Part shown: positions 7,157-15,824 of the stretch, in pieces
Numbering within the stretch: position 1 is the stretch's first letter
Layout: the number at the start of each line of letters is the position of its first letter
Source: a bacterium
GTDB lineage: Bacteria > Desulfobacterota > DSWW01
Direction: 5' to 3'
DNA: 20,160 nt
NCBI GenBank assembly: GCA_040756235.1
Contig: JBFLZG010000032.1
Span: 1 to 20,160, forward strand
Translations under genes and position numbers: made by a program
The notes under the pieces: generated by a model
Told to the model about the DNA's origin: nothing
Seen by the model: only the letters and a program-made list of their open reading frames with translations
The model's database searches: none

Positions 7157-7661
7157 GGACCTCGGCCGCTCCTTGCTGCTCCAGCAGGGCCCGGACCTTC
7201 TCGGCTCCGCTGCCCTTGCAGGGGATGAAGATCCCGAAGGCATCCACGGAAAAACGCGTGTCATAACCCGGGCTGCCCTTGAGCCTGGGCAGGCCGGACA
7301 GGATGAGCATGCTCAGGAAATTCGCCAGGCACCCGAACAGGATGGTGCACTCGAAGCCGACCACGAACCAGGGGATCCAGGCCCACAGGGGCTTGCCCTG
7401 GGTGATGAGCCCGAACTTCATGGCCGCATAGGCGGCCAGCGACACGCCGAAGACCAGGCCGGTGAGCGCGCCGATCAGAGTGGCGTACCCGAGCGGGCTC
7501 GTCCTCTGGCCCAGGGCCTCCTGGATCTCGTGGGAAGCCACGGGCGAGAACACCTCGATCCCGTCCACCCGCGCCGCCTTGAGCTCGCGGATGGCGGCGG
7601 TCAGCTGGTCCATGTATTGGAACACGCCCACGATTCCCGGGCCGTTGTCAGTGGCTGCCAT
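7143..7661 (-). CDS. actD: ActD-like (DUF3341) membrane protein, 172 aa
   Basis: GVF...AAIRELK...EVFSP, two TMs, GKP...IP.FVVGFECTILFG, YDTRFS.D.FGI, L...GA.EV; GAGGAG RBS before ATG 7661. Confidence 0.88.
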   Translation of the reverse strand: MAATDNGPGIVGVFQYMDQLTAAIRELKAARVDGIEVFSPVASHEIQEALGQRTSPLGYATLIGALTGLVFGVSLAAYAAMKFGLITQGKPLWAWIPWFVVGFECTILFGCLANFLSMLILSGLPRLKGSPGYDTRFSVDAFGIFIPCKGSGAEKVRALLEQQGAAEVHERA

Positions 7662-8982
7662 GGACTCCTCCCGCGAGCTTGACCGGCTTGGGCAGCTCTT
7701 CCTTGATCTCGGCGATCGAGATCGTGGGGATGAACCGGGTGAAGAGCCAGAAGAACAGGAAAAACCAGCAGAAGGCGCCGATGGCGATACCGATCTCGAT
7801 CTTCGAAGGAAAGTAGCTCCCCCACGCATAGGGCAGAAAATCGTGGGCCACGCTGCTGATGATGATCACGTACCGTTCGTAGAACATGCCGACATTGATG
7901 AGCAGGCTGATTCCGAGCAGCCAGGGGATGGAGCGCCGCACGCGGCGGAAGAAGAACAGGAGCGGGACCAGGGAATTGCAGATGACCATGATCCAGAACG
8001 GCCCGGCGAAGCCGCCGACCGCCCTGAAGTTGAAGATATCGATCTCGAAATGGCTGTCGCTGTAGTGGGCCATGAAGTACTCGAACAGGTAGGCATAGCC
8101 CACGATCAGGCCGGTCAGGATCACGACCTTGGCGAGCTTCTCGAAGATGTCGATCGTGATGATGGACTCGAGCTTCTGCACCTTGCGCAGCGGGATGAGC
8201 AGGGTGATCACCATGGCCAGCCCGGAGTGGATGGCGCCGGCCACGAAGTAGGGGGCGAAGATCGTCGAGTGCCAGCCTGGGATGACGGACAGGGCGAAGT
8301 CCCAGGAGACGACCGAGTGCACCGAGATCACGAGCGGCGTGGCCAGGGCCGCGAAGAACAGATAGGCCCGCATGTGGTGGCGCCAGTTGCGCTGGCTGTT
8401 GTCCCAGCCGAGCGCGAACAGGCCGTAGAGGCGCCGCCGCAGGCCGGTGGCGCTGTCCCGCACCGCGGCCAGGTCAGGGATCAGGCCGGTGAACCAGAAC
8501 AGGCTGCTCACGGTGAGATAGGTGGAGATCGCCACCATGTCGAACATCAAGGGCGAGTGGAAGTTGGGCCAGAGCTCGCGCTGGTTCGGAAAGGGCAGCA
8601 TGTAGTGGACGACCCAGATGCGCCCCAGGTGGATGAGCGGGAAAAGGCCTGCCGTGGTCACGGCGAAGACGGTCATGGCCTCGGCGCTGCGCGCGACGGC
8701 GGTTCGGAACCGCGCGCGGAACAGGTACAGGATGGCCGAGATCAGGGTCCCCGAGTGCGCGATTCCGACCCAGAAGACGAACAGGACCAGGTAGATGCCC
8801 CAGGCCACGGGGTTGTTTTGGCCACCCACGCCGATCCCGACGAGGATCTGATGCCGCCAGCACAACGCGCCCACCAGCACCCCGCAGGCCAGCAGGGCCG
8901 CGACCGCCAGGTAGGCGGCGCCCGGCCTCGAGAGGTTCCTGAGGATCGTGTCGTTCACCTTGGCGTAGGTGAATTCTTTCAT
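7648..8982 (-). CDS. actC: NrfD/PsrC-family quinol-binding membrane subunit, ActC, 444 aa
   Basis: WGIY..FVFWVGIAHSGTLISAIL...R.AEAMT...P.IHLGR.W...PNFHSPL.FD..AISTY...LATPLVISVHSVVSWDFA...PGWHSTIF.PYFVAGAI.SG. Confidence 0.93.
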   Translation of the reverse strand: MKEFTYAKVNDTILRNLSRPGAAYLAVAALLACGVLVGALCWRHQILVGIGVGGQNNPVAWGIYLVLFVFWVGIAHSGTLISAILYLFRARFRTAVARSAEAMTVFAVTTAGLFPLIHLGRIWVVHYMLPFPNQRELWPNFHSPLMFDMVAISTYLTVSSLFWFTGLIPDLAAVRDSATGLRRRLYGLFALGWDNSQRNWRHHMRAYLFFAALATPLVISVHSVVSWDFALSVIPGWHSTIFAPYFVAGAIHSGLAMVITLLIPLRKVQKLESIITIDIFEKLAKVVILTGLIVGYAYLFEYFMAHYSDSHFEIDIFNFRAVGGFAGPFWIMVICNSLVPLLFFFRRVRRSIPWLLGISLLINVGMFYERYVIIISSVAHDFLPYAWGSYFPSKIEIGIAIGAFCWFFLFFWLFTRFIPTISIAEIKEELPKPVKLAGGVHGSH

Positions 8983-8998
8983 GACCGGGGAAGGTCCT

Positions 8999-11896
8999 TC
9001 ATGCGGTCTCGAGACCGGCGTTTCGAACGATCTTCTTCAGGTAGATCACGGCCGGCTTGGTGCCCAGCTCGGCCAGGACCTGGTAAGCCCTCTCGTCTCC
9101 GGCCAGCTTCGATATCCCGCTCTCCGGGTCGAGGTAGCTCCCGAAATGAATGGCCCGGGCCGGGCACGCCTGCGCGCAGGCCGGCACGACCTCGCCGTCG
9201 CGGATCAGGCGCTTCTCGAGGCGCGCGGTCTGGTGCGCGTCCTTGATCCGCTGGATGCAGAAAGAGCACTTCTCCATGACGCCCTTGGTGCGGACCGTGA
9301 CGTCCGGGTTAAGCTGCATGTTCAGGGGCGGCGTCCGCTCGTAGTGAAAGAAATTGAAGCGCCTCACCTTGTACGGGCAGTTCTGAGAACAGAACCGCGT
9401 GCCGATGCAGCGGTTGTAGATCTGGGTGTTCAGGCCTTCCTTGTCGTGGTGCGGGGCATAGACCGGGCAGACCGCCTCGCAGGGCGCGTTGTCGCAGTGC
9501 TGGCACAGCATAGGGAGAAAGCGTATGCCCGGATTCTCCTGCTCCTCGACGTAGCGCTCGATCCGGATCCAGGCCATCTCGCGTCCCTCAAGGACCCGCT
9601 TGCGGCCGACGGAGGGGATGTTGTTCTCTGCAATGCAGGCCGCCACGCAGGCCGAGCAGCCGATGCACCGGTCCAGATCGATCACCATGCCCCAGCGGTA
9701 CTTGTCGTGTCCGTGGGCAGGGTAGATGTCGGCCTTGGGGTCGTGGGCCGTCTCGATGGGGATGCGGACCGGAAACTCCTCGTGCGCCTCGCCTGCAGCC
9801 GCTTCCGGCCCGCCGTGCCCGTGCCCTCCGGCCTCATGGATCGACTGGGCGATCCCTCTGCCGTGCTGGGACCGGGAGCCGTCCACGTGAGCGAACGGCC
9901 GGTTCTCGCCGGTCTTCGGGATGGAGATCCCTGCCACACGGAGGGCGCCCCCGGTCAGGGCGAGCGCGTTGGCGCCGATTCCGTCGGCGAAGCGTCCCAG
10001 GCGGGTGTGGCCCAGCCCCAAAGGGATGGCCACCGTTTCCGGGTGGACGCCGGCAGTGATATGGACGCCGATCAGGGCCCTGCCGCCGGGCGTCTGGATC
10101 TGGACCAGGTCTCCTTCCGCCAGGCGCTCCCGGGCAGCCCTCTCGGGGTGGACCTCGATCCAGTCTTCCCAGGTGATCATGGAGAGCGGGTCCGGAATCT
10201 CAAGCATCCAGGTCTTGTTGGCGTCGCGGCCGTCGAACCAGCGCAGGCTCGGGTAGGCGACCAGGGAAAGGCCATCCGGTTCCTCGCCGGCCCGATAGGC
10301 GTAGCCGTCCAGCTGCGGAGACAGGGACGCCGGCCCGGCGGGCCGCCTCTGCTCTTCGGCAAAGCCCCTGGCGAGCAAACTCAGCATCTTTTCCGGGGCG
10401 GCCTTGCCCTCGGGCAGCTCGAGCGCCGACCCCAGCCGCCGGAGGACTGCGGACGGATCCTGAGGTTGTCCCTGCGCGGGCTCGGGCCAGGCGTCAGGGG
10501 CGAGGATCGCCTCCAGGGGTTTGGAGCCTGCGACCGGACCCATGGTCGGCTGCATGAGATCGACGAGGCCCTTGCGGGGGACAAAGGACCCGAACGACTC
10601 GTAAGCCGTGTGCACGGGCAGCGTAAGGTGCGCCATCTGGCTGGTCTCGGTCGAGAAGCTGTCCAGCACGGCGACGAACGGGACCTTGCCGAGCGCCTCG
10701 GCGAACCCCGGCAGCGAATAGACCGGGTTGGTCTTGTGCACGACGAGCATGCGGATGTCGCCGGCCGCCATCTTCTCCACCAGCGCGCGCACCGATGCGC
10801 CCTTGGCAACGCCCGAAAGGGCCAGGGGCCGGGAGAAGTCCATGCAGGCGGCGGCCGAGCCGGTCCAGAGATTGATCAGGTTGGCCGCCACGACCGCATC
10901 GGCATCGCCGTCGGCCAGGACGAAAGGACGGTCGGCGGCGGCGATCCGGGCGGCGAGCGCCTGGACCACGGAGGGCTCCACGTCGGCCCTCCGCGCCAGG
11001 GCGGCGGGATCGAGCTTGGCGACGAGCCTTTTCACATCCTCCCGGGCCCCGGAAGCGGACGCAGCTCCGGCCGGGGCGGCCTTCACGACGGCCGCGAGCA
11101 GGGCGAAAGAGAAATCTTTTTCCCTCCCGGAGCGCAGCGCGATCCAGCGGTCCGCGTTGGCCCCGGTCATGGAGAGCCGCGTGCCGGCAAACACGAAGCC
11201 GGCCTTGGGGCCGCCGGGGTCCCGTGCCGCGGTGAATTGACGCGTGAGCTCGACCGGGGAGATCCAGGTTTCCAGGAAGTCGGCTGCGATCGAAAGGAGG
11301 AAGTCGCAGGAGGAAAAGTCGTAAGTGGGCAGAAGGTCCTGCCCGAGGGCGATGCGGTTTCCTTCGCGCACCGCGTCGTAGGAGAGGGGCTCGTAAAAGA
11401 GGATCTGGGAGGATCCGGCCCGGGCGAGCCAATGGGCCAGCAGGTCGGCATGAAAACCGTTTTCCAGGCCGGAAAGAACGGCGATCTTCGGCGCGGCCTT
11501 GGCCGCCTCTGCCTGAAAGGCGGCGAGCGCCTCTGCCCATCCGATCGGCTTCTGCACGGCCTCTGCCTGCCTGAGACCAGGGCTCTGAAGCCGGTCCGGG
11601 CTATACAGGTCCTGGAGCCCGGCCTGGCCACGGGCGCAGAGCGCGCCTCGGTTCACGGGGTGGTCCGGGTTCCCCTCGAGCTTGACGATCCTCGCTTCGC
11701 GGTTGCGCGCCAGCACACCGCACCCGGCCGGGCACTGGCGGCAGGAGGTGGCGAACCAGGAGGCGGCCCCGGGCACGATGTTTTCGGGCGCATTGAGAAA
11801 AGGGATCAGGAGCCGGGCAGGCTCCTCCGAGCATGCGGCGGCTGCAGCCGCGGTGCCGGTCAGGCCTGTGAGCTTGAGGAAGTCTCTGCGGTTCAT
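8999..11896 (-). CDS. actB: ActB-like protein: Tat lipoprotein with a molybdopterin-oxidoreductase-fold domain fused to a polyferredoxin domain, 965 aa
   Basis: NRRDFLK Tat motif with Cys22 lipobox; IVKLEGNPDHP; ADFLETW; C-terminal CIGCSACVAAC, CQHCDNAPCEAVCP, CIGTRFCSQNCPYKVRRFN ([3Fe-4S]-type), VTVRTKGVMEKCSFCIQRI, PACAQACP. Confidence 0.92.
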   Translation of the reverse strand: MNRRDFLKLTGLTGTAAAAAACSEEPARLLIPFLNAPENIVPGAASWFATSCRQCPAGCGVLARNREARIVKLEGNPDHPVNRGALCARGQAGLQDLYSPDRLQSPGLRQAEAVQKPIGWAEALAAFQAEAAKAAPKIAVLSGLENGFHADLLAHWLARAGSSQILFYEPLSYDAVREGNRIALGQDLLPTYDFSSCDFLLSIAADFLETWISPVELTRQFTAARDPGGPKAGFVFAGTRLSMTGANADRWIALRSGREKDFSFALLAAVVKAAPAGAASASGAREDVKRLVAKLDPAALARRADVEPSVVQALAARIAAADRPFVLADGDADAVVAANLINLWTGSAAACMDFSRPLALSGVAKGASVRALVEKMAAGDIRMLVVHKTNPVYSLPGFAEALGKVPFVAVLDSFSTETSQMAHLTLPVHTAYESFGSFVPRKGLVDLMQPTMGPVAGSKPLEAILAPDAWPEPAQGQPQDPSAVLRRLGSALELPEGKAAPEKMLSLLARGFAEEQRRPAGPASLSPQLDGYAYRAGEEPDGLSLVAYPSLRWFDGRDANKTWMLEIPDPLSMITWEDWIEVHPERAARERLAEGDLVQIQTPGGRALIGVHITAGVHPETVAIPLGLGHTRLGRFADGIGANALALTGGALRVAGISIPKTGENRPFAHVDGSRSQHGRGIAQSIHEAGGHGHGGPEAAAGEAHEEFPVRIPIETAHDPKADIYPAHGHDKYRWGMVIDLDRCIGCSACVAACIAENNIPSVGRKRVLEGREMAWIRIERYVEEQENPGIRFLPMLCQHCDNAPCEAVCPVYAPHHDKEGLNTQIYNRCIGTRFCSQNCPYKVRRFNFFHYERTPPLNMQLNPDVTVRTKGVMEKCSFCIQRIKDAHQTARLEKRLIRDGEVVPACAQACPARAIHFGSYLDPESGISKLAGDERAYQVLAELGTKPAVIYLKKIVRNAGLETA

Positions 11897-11967
11897 TTCA
11901 TGATGCTGTTCAGGGAGCCGACCCGGAGCGAACCACGCGTTGCTACCGCTGCAGATTTTTCTTCCAC
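11893..11967 (-). CDS. Possible 24-aa leaderless uORF coupled to actB
   Basis: The GTG at 11967 is the 8th nt after the -10 hexamer. The open frame MEEKSAAVATRGSLRVGSLNSIMK ends in a TGA overlapping the actB ATG (ATGA). Confidence 0.3.
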   Translation of the reverse strand: MEEKSAAVATRGSLRVGSLNSIMK

Positions 11968-11974
11968 TTGGTGG

Positions 11975-12003
11975 ATTCTAGTTCTCTATGTGCGTTACAT
12001 CAA
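11975..12003 (-). promoter_or_regulatory. sigma70-type promoter of the act/cco operon
   Basis: TTGATG (12003-11998) - 17 bp - TAGAAT (11980-11975), 78 nt upstream of the actB ATG. Confidence 0.6.
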
Positions 12004-12321
12004 GCCAGTGAGCGAAAATGCCGGGCCGGTCGCTGGAAAGGCCGGCCGGTAGCTCGGTTCGGGTGGAATTCGACAGGCATGTAAAAGCGTTCGACAGTAA
12101 GATGGAGAAGAAGACCAAAAAGTCGCGGGGTCCGGGAAGTTTTGTTGTGAAGTACGGGAAGGCAAAGCGGCTGCTTGGGCGCGGAGCAGACGAATCACTG
12201 CACAGGCCGGGGGGTACGGAGGTGTGGTCCTTACAATCCGCGCCCGCGATTGACGAAAATGGTCGATAGAAAGGGATCCGTGAAGCTGAGCCTCGCGAGC
12301 GAGCGACCCGGGTCATGGCCG

Positions 12322-12351
12322 GCAGGGGCGGGCTTGAAACCTGTGCCCTGT
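12322..12351. repeat. Degenerate GTAG-family REP-like palindrome
   Basis: GCAGGGGCGGG-CTTGAAA-CCTGTGCCCTGT is an imperfect hairpin resembling the GTAGGGGCGGG..AAACCCGCCCCTAC REP pattern. Confidence 0.35.
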
Positions 12352-12401
12352 GCAAACCAGGGGTGGACGTGTTTCCCGAGCTCCCTCGCACGGTCCCGTT
12401 T

Positions 12402-12490
12402 CGGAGATTGCGAGCTTCGCGAAGCAACCTCCCGGCTCAGCCGGACCCTGGGGGTTGCTTCGGTCGCCTGCGGCTCCCTCGCAATGTCCG
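12402..12490. repeat. Nested palindromic intergenic element (RPE/REP/MITE-like)
   Basis: ATTGCGAG (12407-14) pairs with CTCGCAAT (12478-85); CGAAGCAACCTCC (12420-32) pairs with GGGGGTTGCTTCG (12450-62); outer CGGA/TCCG. Resembles the widespread GTCATTGCGAG..GAAGCAATC..GATTGCTTCG..CTCGCAATGAC repeat. Confidence 0.65.
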
Positions 12491-12748
12491 CCACATTCGT
12501 GTCCTCGCTCCGCCCGCTCGATGCGGCCTTGGCCGGGGAGGACGGCCCGTCTCTTCCATCGTTCCGGCCGGAAGCTCATCATCCGGCTGTCCGCCGCCTC
12601 CACCTGATGAATCTCGAAAAAAACCTTTGCCATACTTGTTGCACGTGGCATATATGTCAAGCCGATCGCATGGCGCGCGACGCATCACATCGATCGTGCC
12701 GTGTCGCGGCGCGGAACGAGAGCTTTCAACCCGGCAGGGGTACGATTC

Positions 12749-14023
12749 TTGGAGAACTGGAGAGAAAAGACCCGATTCTTCTACGGCTGGTGGGTGACGG
12801 CCGCTTTGTTCTGCGTCCTCATGTTCACGGGCGGCGGCGGGTTCTACGTCTTTCCGGTCTACATCGATTCCTTCCTGAAGGAGTTCGGCTGGAGCATGAC
12901 GCAGGTCTCGAGCGCCGCGGCCCTCTGGGCCATCGTGTTCGGCTTTTCCGCGCCGGTGGTCGGGACCCTCATCGCTCGCTTCGGCGTGCGCAAGACGATG
13001 CTCACTGCGGCGGTTTGCTCCAGCCTGTCCCTTCTGGGGCTCGCATCGGTGAAGAACCTGTGGATGCTGTACGCGGCCAACCTGGTCGCCGGCTTCGCCG
13101 TCGCCGGAACGACGCTCGTTCCCGCCCACACGCTCATGACCAACTGGTTCGATCGCTATCGGGGCCGGGCCATCTCCTGGGCCATGCTGGGGATCGGCAC
13201 GGGCGGCTTCCTCCTGCCGCCCTTCAACGAGCTCATGATCCGGAAGCTGGGATGGCGGAGCGCCTGGCTCGCCGGCTTCTTGATCGTGTTGGTCGTGGTG
13301 ATTCCGCTCATTGCCGTTTTCATCCGCACGAAACCCTCGGACCTCGGTTTGCTGGCGGACGGCGGCGGCGGAACCGGCGGGAGCTCCGCCAGGATAACCG
13401 GTCTGCCGGCCAAACGGGCGCTGGGGACGCTTGCGTTCTGGCTGCTCGCATGCATCTACGTGCTCCAGCTCTTCGGCCTGTCTGCCATGAACTTCCATTT
13501 CGTCCCGTTCGCGATCTACCAGGCGCAGTTCCCCTCCCCGACGGCAGCCACCTTCCTCGGATTGACCCTGGGCTTCAGCCTGGCCGGCCGCCTCGTCTTC
13601 GGCTGGCTTGCAGACTTCTGGAAACCCGCGTTCCTTCTTGGCATTAGCGGCCTTCTGCTGGCCCTGGGGCCGGCGGTTCTCGAGCTCGCCGTCATCCGGC
13701 AGGGAGTTCGGGAGACCGCGCCCCTGTGGCTCTATTCCCTTGCCTTCGGGCTGGGGATCGGCGGCAACGCGGTCATGACGCCTGTCATGGTCAGCCGCTG
13801 TTTCGGAGAGCTCTATTTCAGCAAGATCCTGGGTCTCATCATGAGCGGGTTCGCCATCGGCGTCCTGCTGGGGATCCCGCTCAGCGCCAGGCTCTACGAC
13901 CTGACCCGGAGCTACGAAATACCATTCGTCTGCTGCATCGCCGCGCTCGGTCTTTCGGCCGTGCTGGCGATCCTGGTCCGGCCGGGCCGATACCATCCGG
14001 AGTTCGTGTCCGGGTCCGGGTGA
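12749..14023 (+). CDS. MFS transporter (OFA/monocarboxylate-like); start TTG 12749, or GTG 12701
   Basis: FFYGWWV start, EFGWS, motif A G.LIARFGVR, NWFDRYRGRA, GRLVFGWLAD, FGELYFSKILG, LYDLTRSY; about 12 TMs. Confidence 0.92.
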   Translation: MENWREKTRFFYGWWVTAALFCVLMFTGGGGFYVFPVYIDSFLKEFGWSMTQVSSAAALWAIVFGFSAPVVGTLIARFGVRKTMLTAAVCSSLSLLGLASVKNLWMLYAANLVAGFAVAGTTLVPAHTLMTNWFDRYRGRAISWAMLGIGTGGFLLPPFNELMIRKLGWRSAWLAGFLIVLVVVIPLIAVFIRTKPSDLGLLADGGGGTGGSSARITGLPAKRALGTLAFWLLACIYVLQLFGLSAMNFHFVPFAIYQAQFPSPTAATFLGLTLGFSLAGRLVFGWLADFWKPAFLLGISGLLLALGPAVLELAVIRQGVRETAPLWLYSLAFGLGIGGNAVMTPVMVSRCFGELYFSKILGLIMSGFAIGVLLGIPLSARLYDLTRSYEIPFVCCIAALGLSAVLAILVRPGRYHPEFVSGSG

Positions 14024-14052
14024 GGAGCCGTCCGGACGGCGCACGAAAATGG

Positions 14053-14082
14053 TTGACGCTCTCGCCGAGACCCTCCTATATT
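14053..14082 (+). promoter_or_regulatory. sigma70-type promoter of the acyl-CoA synthetase gene
   Basis: TTGACG - 18 bp - TATATT, preceded by a perfect 14-bp palindrome GCCGTCCGGACGGC (14027-14040). Confidence 0.55.
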
Positions 14083-14130
14083 TCCAAATGCCGCAGTGGC
14101 CGCTATCGACAGCCTCTCAGGAGGTCGACC

Positions 14131-15681
14131 ATGAACGTAGCAGAGCTGGCCGAGGTTTCCCTGGTTCGCCTGGGCGAGCGCATGGTGCTGGACTTCGACG
14201 GAGAGCGGTTCACCAACCGCCGGCTCCTCGAGATGGCGCGCAGGCTCCACCGGGGTCTTGCGCGGCTCGGGCTCTCCAAAGGAGACGTCGCTGCTTTGTG
14301 CATGGCCAATCACCCCGTCGTCTACCCTGTCTTCCAGGGCATCTTCCGCACCGGGGCCACGGCCGTGCCGGTGATGTTCCTGCTTGCGGCCCCGGAGCTC
14401 CACTACATCCTCTCGGACACCGAGGCCGTGGGTGTGATCACCGACGAGCTGTCGCTCCCTAAAGTGAGGGAAGCCGTCCGGGGCCTCGGGCACGTCCGCT
14501 GGATCGTGGTGCGGGGAGGGAGCCCGGACCCCGGTGCTGCGCCAGCCGAGCTGAGCCTCGAAGCCCTCCTGGAGGAGGCTCCGCTGGAGGGCCTTCCCTC
14601 GATCGCCGATGATGACGTGGCCATGATGATGTACACCTCCGGCACGACCGGAAAGCCCAAGGGCGCCATGCTCACCCATCGCAACCTGATCGCCTCGGCC
14701 GAGGCTGCCAATGACGCCGCCGAGCTCGAGCTCTGGGAAGGGCCGCTCATCGGCCTGAGCGCCATGCCCATGGCGCACATCTTCGGCGTGGGGGTGATGA
14801 ACGGGGGGTACCTGGTCCCGGAGCACGTCCACGGGTACAACGTGCAGATGGCCTGGTTCGATACGGAAGGCTTCCTCAGGCTCATCCAGCAGCACCGCTC
14901 GACGAGCATGGTCGTCGTGCCCACCATGCTCGCTCTCATGCTCAACCATCCGAACCTCGACCGCTACGATCTCTCGTCCCTGAAGCAGGTGGTCAGCGGC
15001 GCGGCCCCTCTGCCCCGGGAAATCGCCCGGGCCTTCTCGGACCGGTGCGGCTGCCGCATCCGCGAGATCTACGGCCAGACCGAGTCCACGGGGATCGGCT
15101 CGGCCAACCGGGTCTCGGACGCCTACCGCCCGGGCTCGGCGGGCCGGGCGTACTGCAACACGGAGCTCGCGATCTTCGACGACGAGGACCGTCCCGCGCC
15201 GCGGGGCGTACGCGGCGAGATCGTGCTGCGCGGGCCCGCGGTCATGAAGGGTTATCACAGGAGACCGCAGGAGACGGCGGACACCCTGAGGGGGGGCTGG
15301 CTGCACACGGGCGACATCGGGTACCTGGACGAGGAAGGGTTTCTCTACGTCTGCGATCGCAAGAAGGACCTCATCATCCGCGGCGGCGAGAACATCTACC
15401 CCGGCCAGCTCGAGGAGATCCTCTACAGCAACCCGGGCGTGCAGGAGGCGGCCGTCGTGGGCGCGCCGGACCCGGTCTTCGGGGAGAAGGTCGTGGCCTA
15501 CGTGGTAGCCAGAGACGGCTTGTCCCTGTCCGAGAACGAGCTGGCGGAGTTCATGCGCACCCAGATCTCTCCGTTCAAGGTTCCCTCCCGGTTCGTCTTC
15601 GTGGACGGCCTGCCGAAGACCCTGGTGGGCAAAGTGCTCAAGCGCGAGCTCCGGGAGCGTGCGGCCCGGGAAGCCACCTGA
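14131..15681 (+). CDS. AMP-forming acyl-CoA synthetase (long-chain-fatty-acid--CoA ligase-like), 516 aa
   Basis: YTSGTTGKPKG, YGQTE, GWLHTGDIG, DRKKDLIIRGGENIYP, LPKTLVGKV; AGGAGG RBS before ATG 14131. Confidence 0.95.
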   Translation: MNVAELAEVSLVRLGERMVLDFDGERFTNRRLLEMARRLHRGLARLGLSKGDVAALCMANHPVVYPVFQGIFRTGATAVPVMFLLAAPELHYILSDTEAVGVITDELSLPKVREAVRGLGHVRWIVVRGGSPDPGAAPAELSLEALLEEAPLEGLPSIADDDVAMMMYTSGTTGKPKGAMLTHRNLIASAEAANDAAELELWEGPLIGLSAMPMAHIFGVGVMNGGYLVPEHVHGYNVQMAWFDTEGFLRLIQQHRSTSMVVVPTMLALMLNHPNLDRYDLSSLKQVVSGAAPLPREIARAFSDRCGCRIREIYGQTESTGIGSANRVSDAYRPGSAGRAYCNTELAIFDDEDRPAPRGVRGEIVLRGPAVMKGYHRRPQETADTLRGGWLHTGDIGYLDEEGFLYVCDRKKDLIIRGGENIYPGQLEEILYSNPGVQEAAVVGAPDPVFGEKVVAYVVARDGLSLSENELAEFMRTQISPFKVPSRFVFVDGLPKTLVGKVLKRELRERAAREAT

Positions 15682-15824
15682 GACGCTGGGCCTTCGGGCG
15701 CCCTCGTCCCCGGCTTCGCAGCTCCGCTGGGCTGTTCGGGAAGCCTGGAAACGCGAAGGTTGGAACGATGGCGGGTTTGCCTTTGGAAGAACGGTGACGC
15801 GCCCTCGAGCCGGAAGGTCCGAGG

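Noticed and set aside
5299..11896. Qrc, polysulfide reductase or Nrf interpretation
   Set aside because: Fused B subunit, an ActD-like gene, two NrfD paralogs and an ActE-like lipoprotein fit ACIII; no Mo-ligand segment is evident.
8969..12052. 1027-aa + strand ORF, and other long antisense ORFs (3888-5444, 7462-9246, 12437-14044, 13912-15852, 16994-18433)
   Set aside because: They mirror well-supported genes on the opposite strand and have no recognisable motifs; such shadow ORFs are expected in high-GC DNA.
12018..12269. 83-aa ORF and other short ORFs in the actB-MFS spacer
   Set aside because: No recognisable motif or convincing RBS; a small gene from ATG 12102 cannot be excluded but is unsupported.
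15715..15740. attC-like right half (CAGCTCCGC-TGGGCT-GTTCGGG) between the synthetase and M28 genes
   Set aside because: The core is not GTTRRRY, and no complementary R''/L'' half is found upstream.
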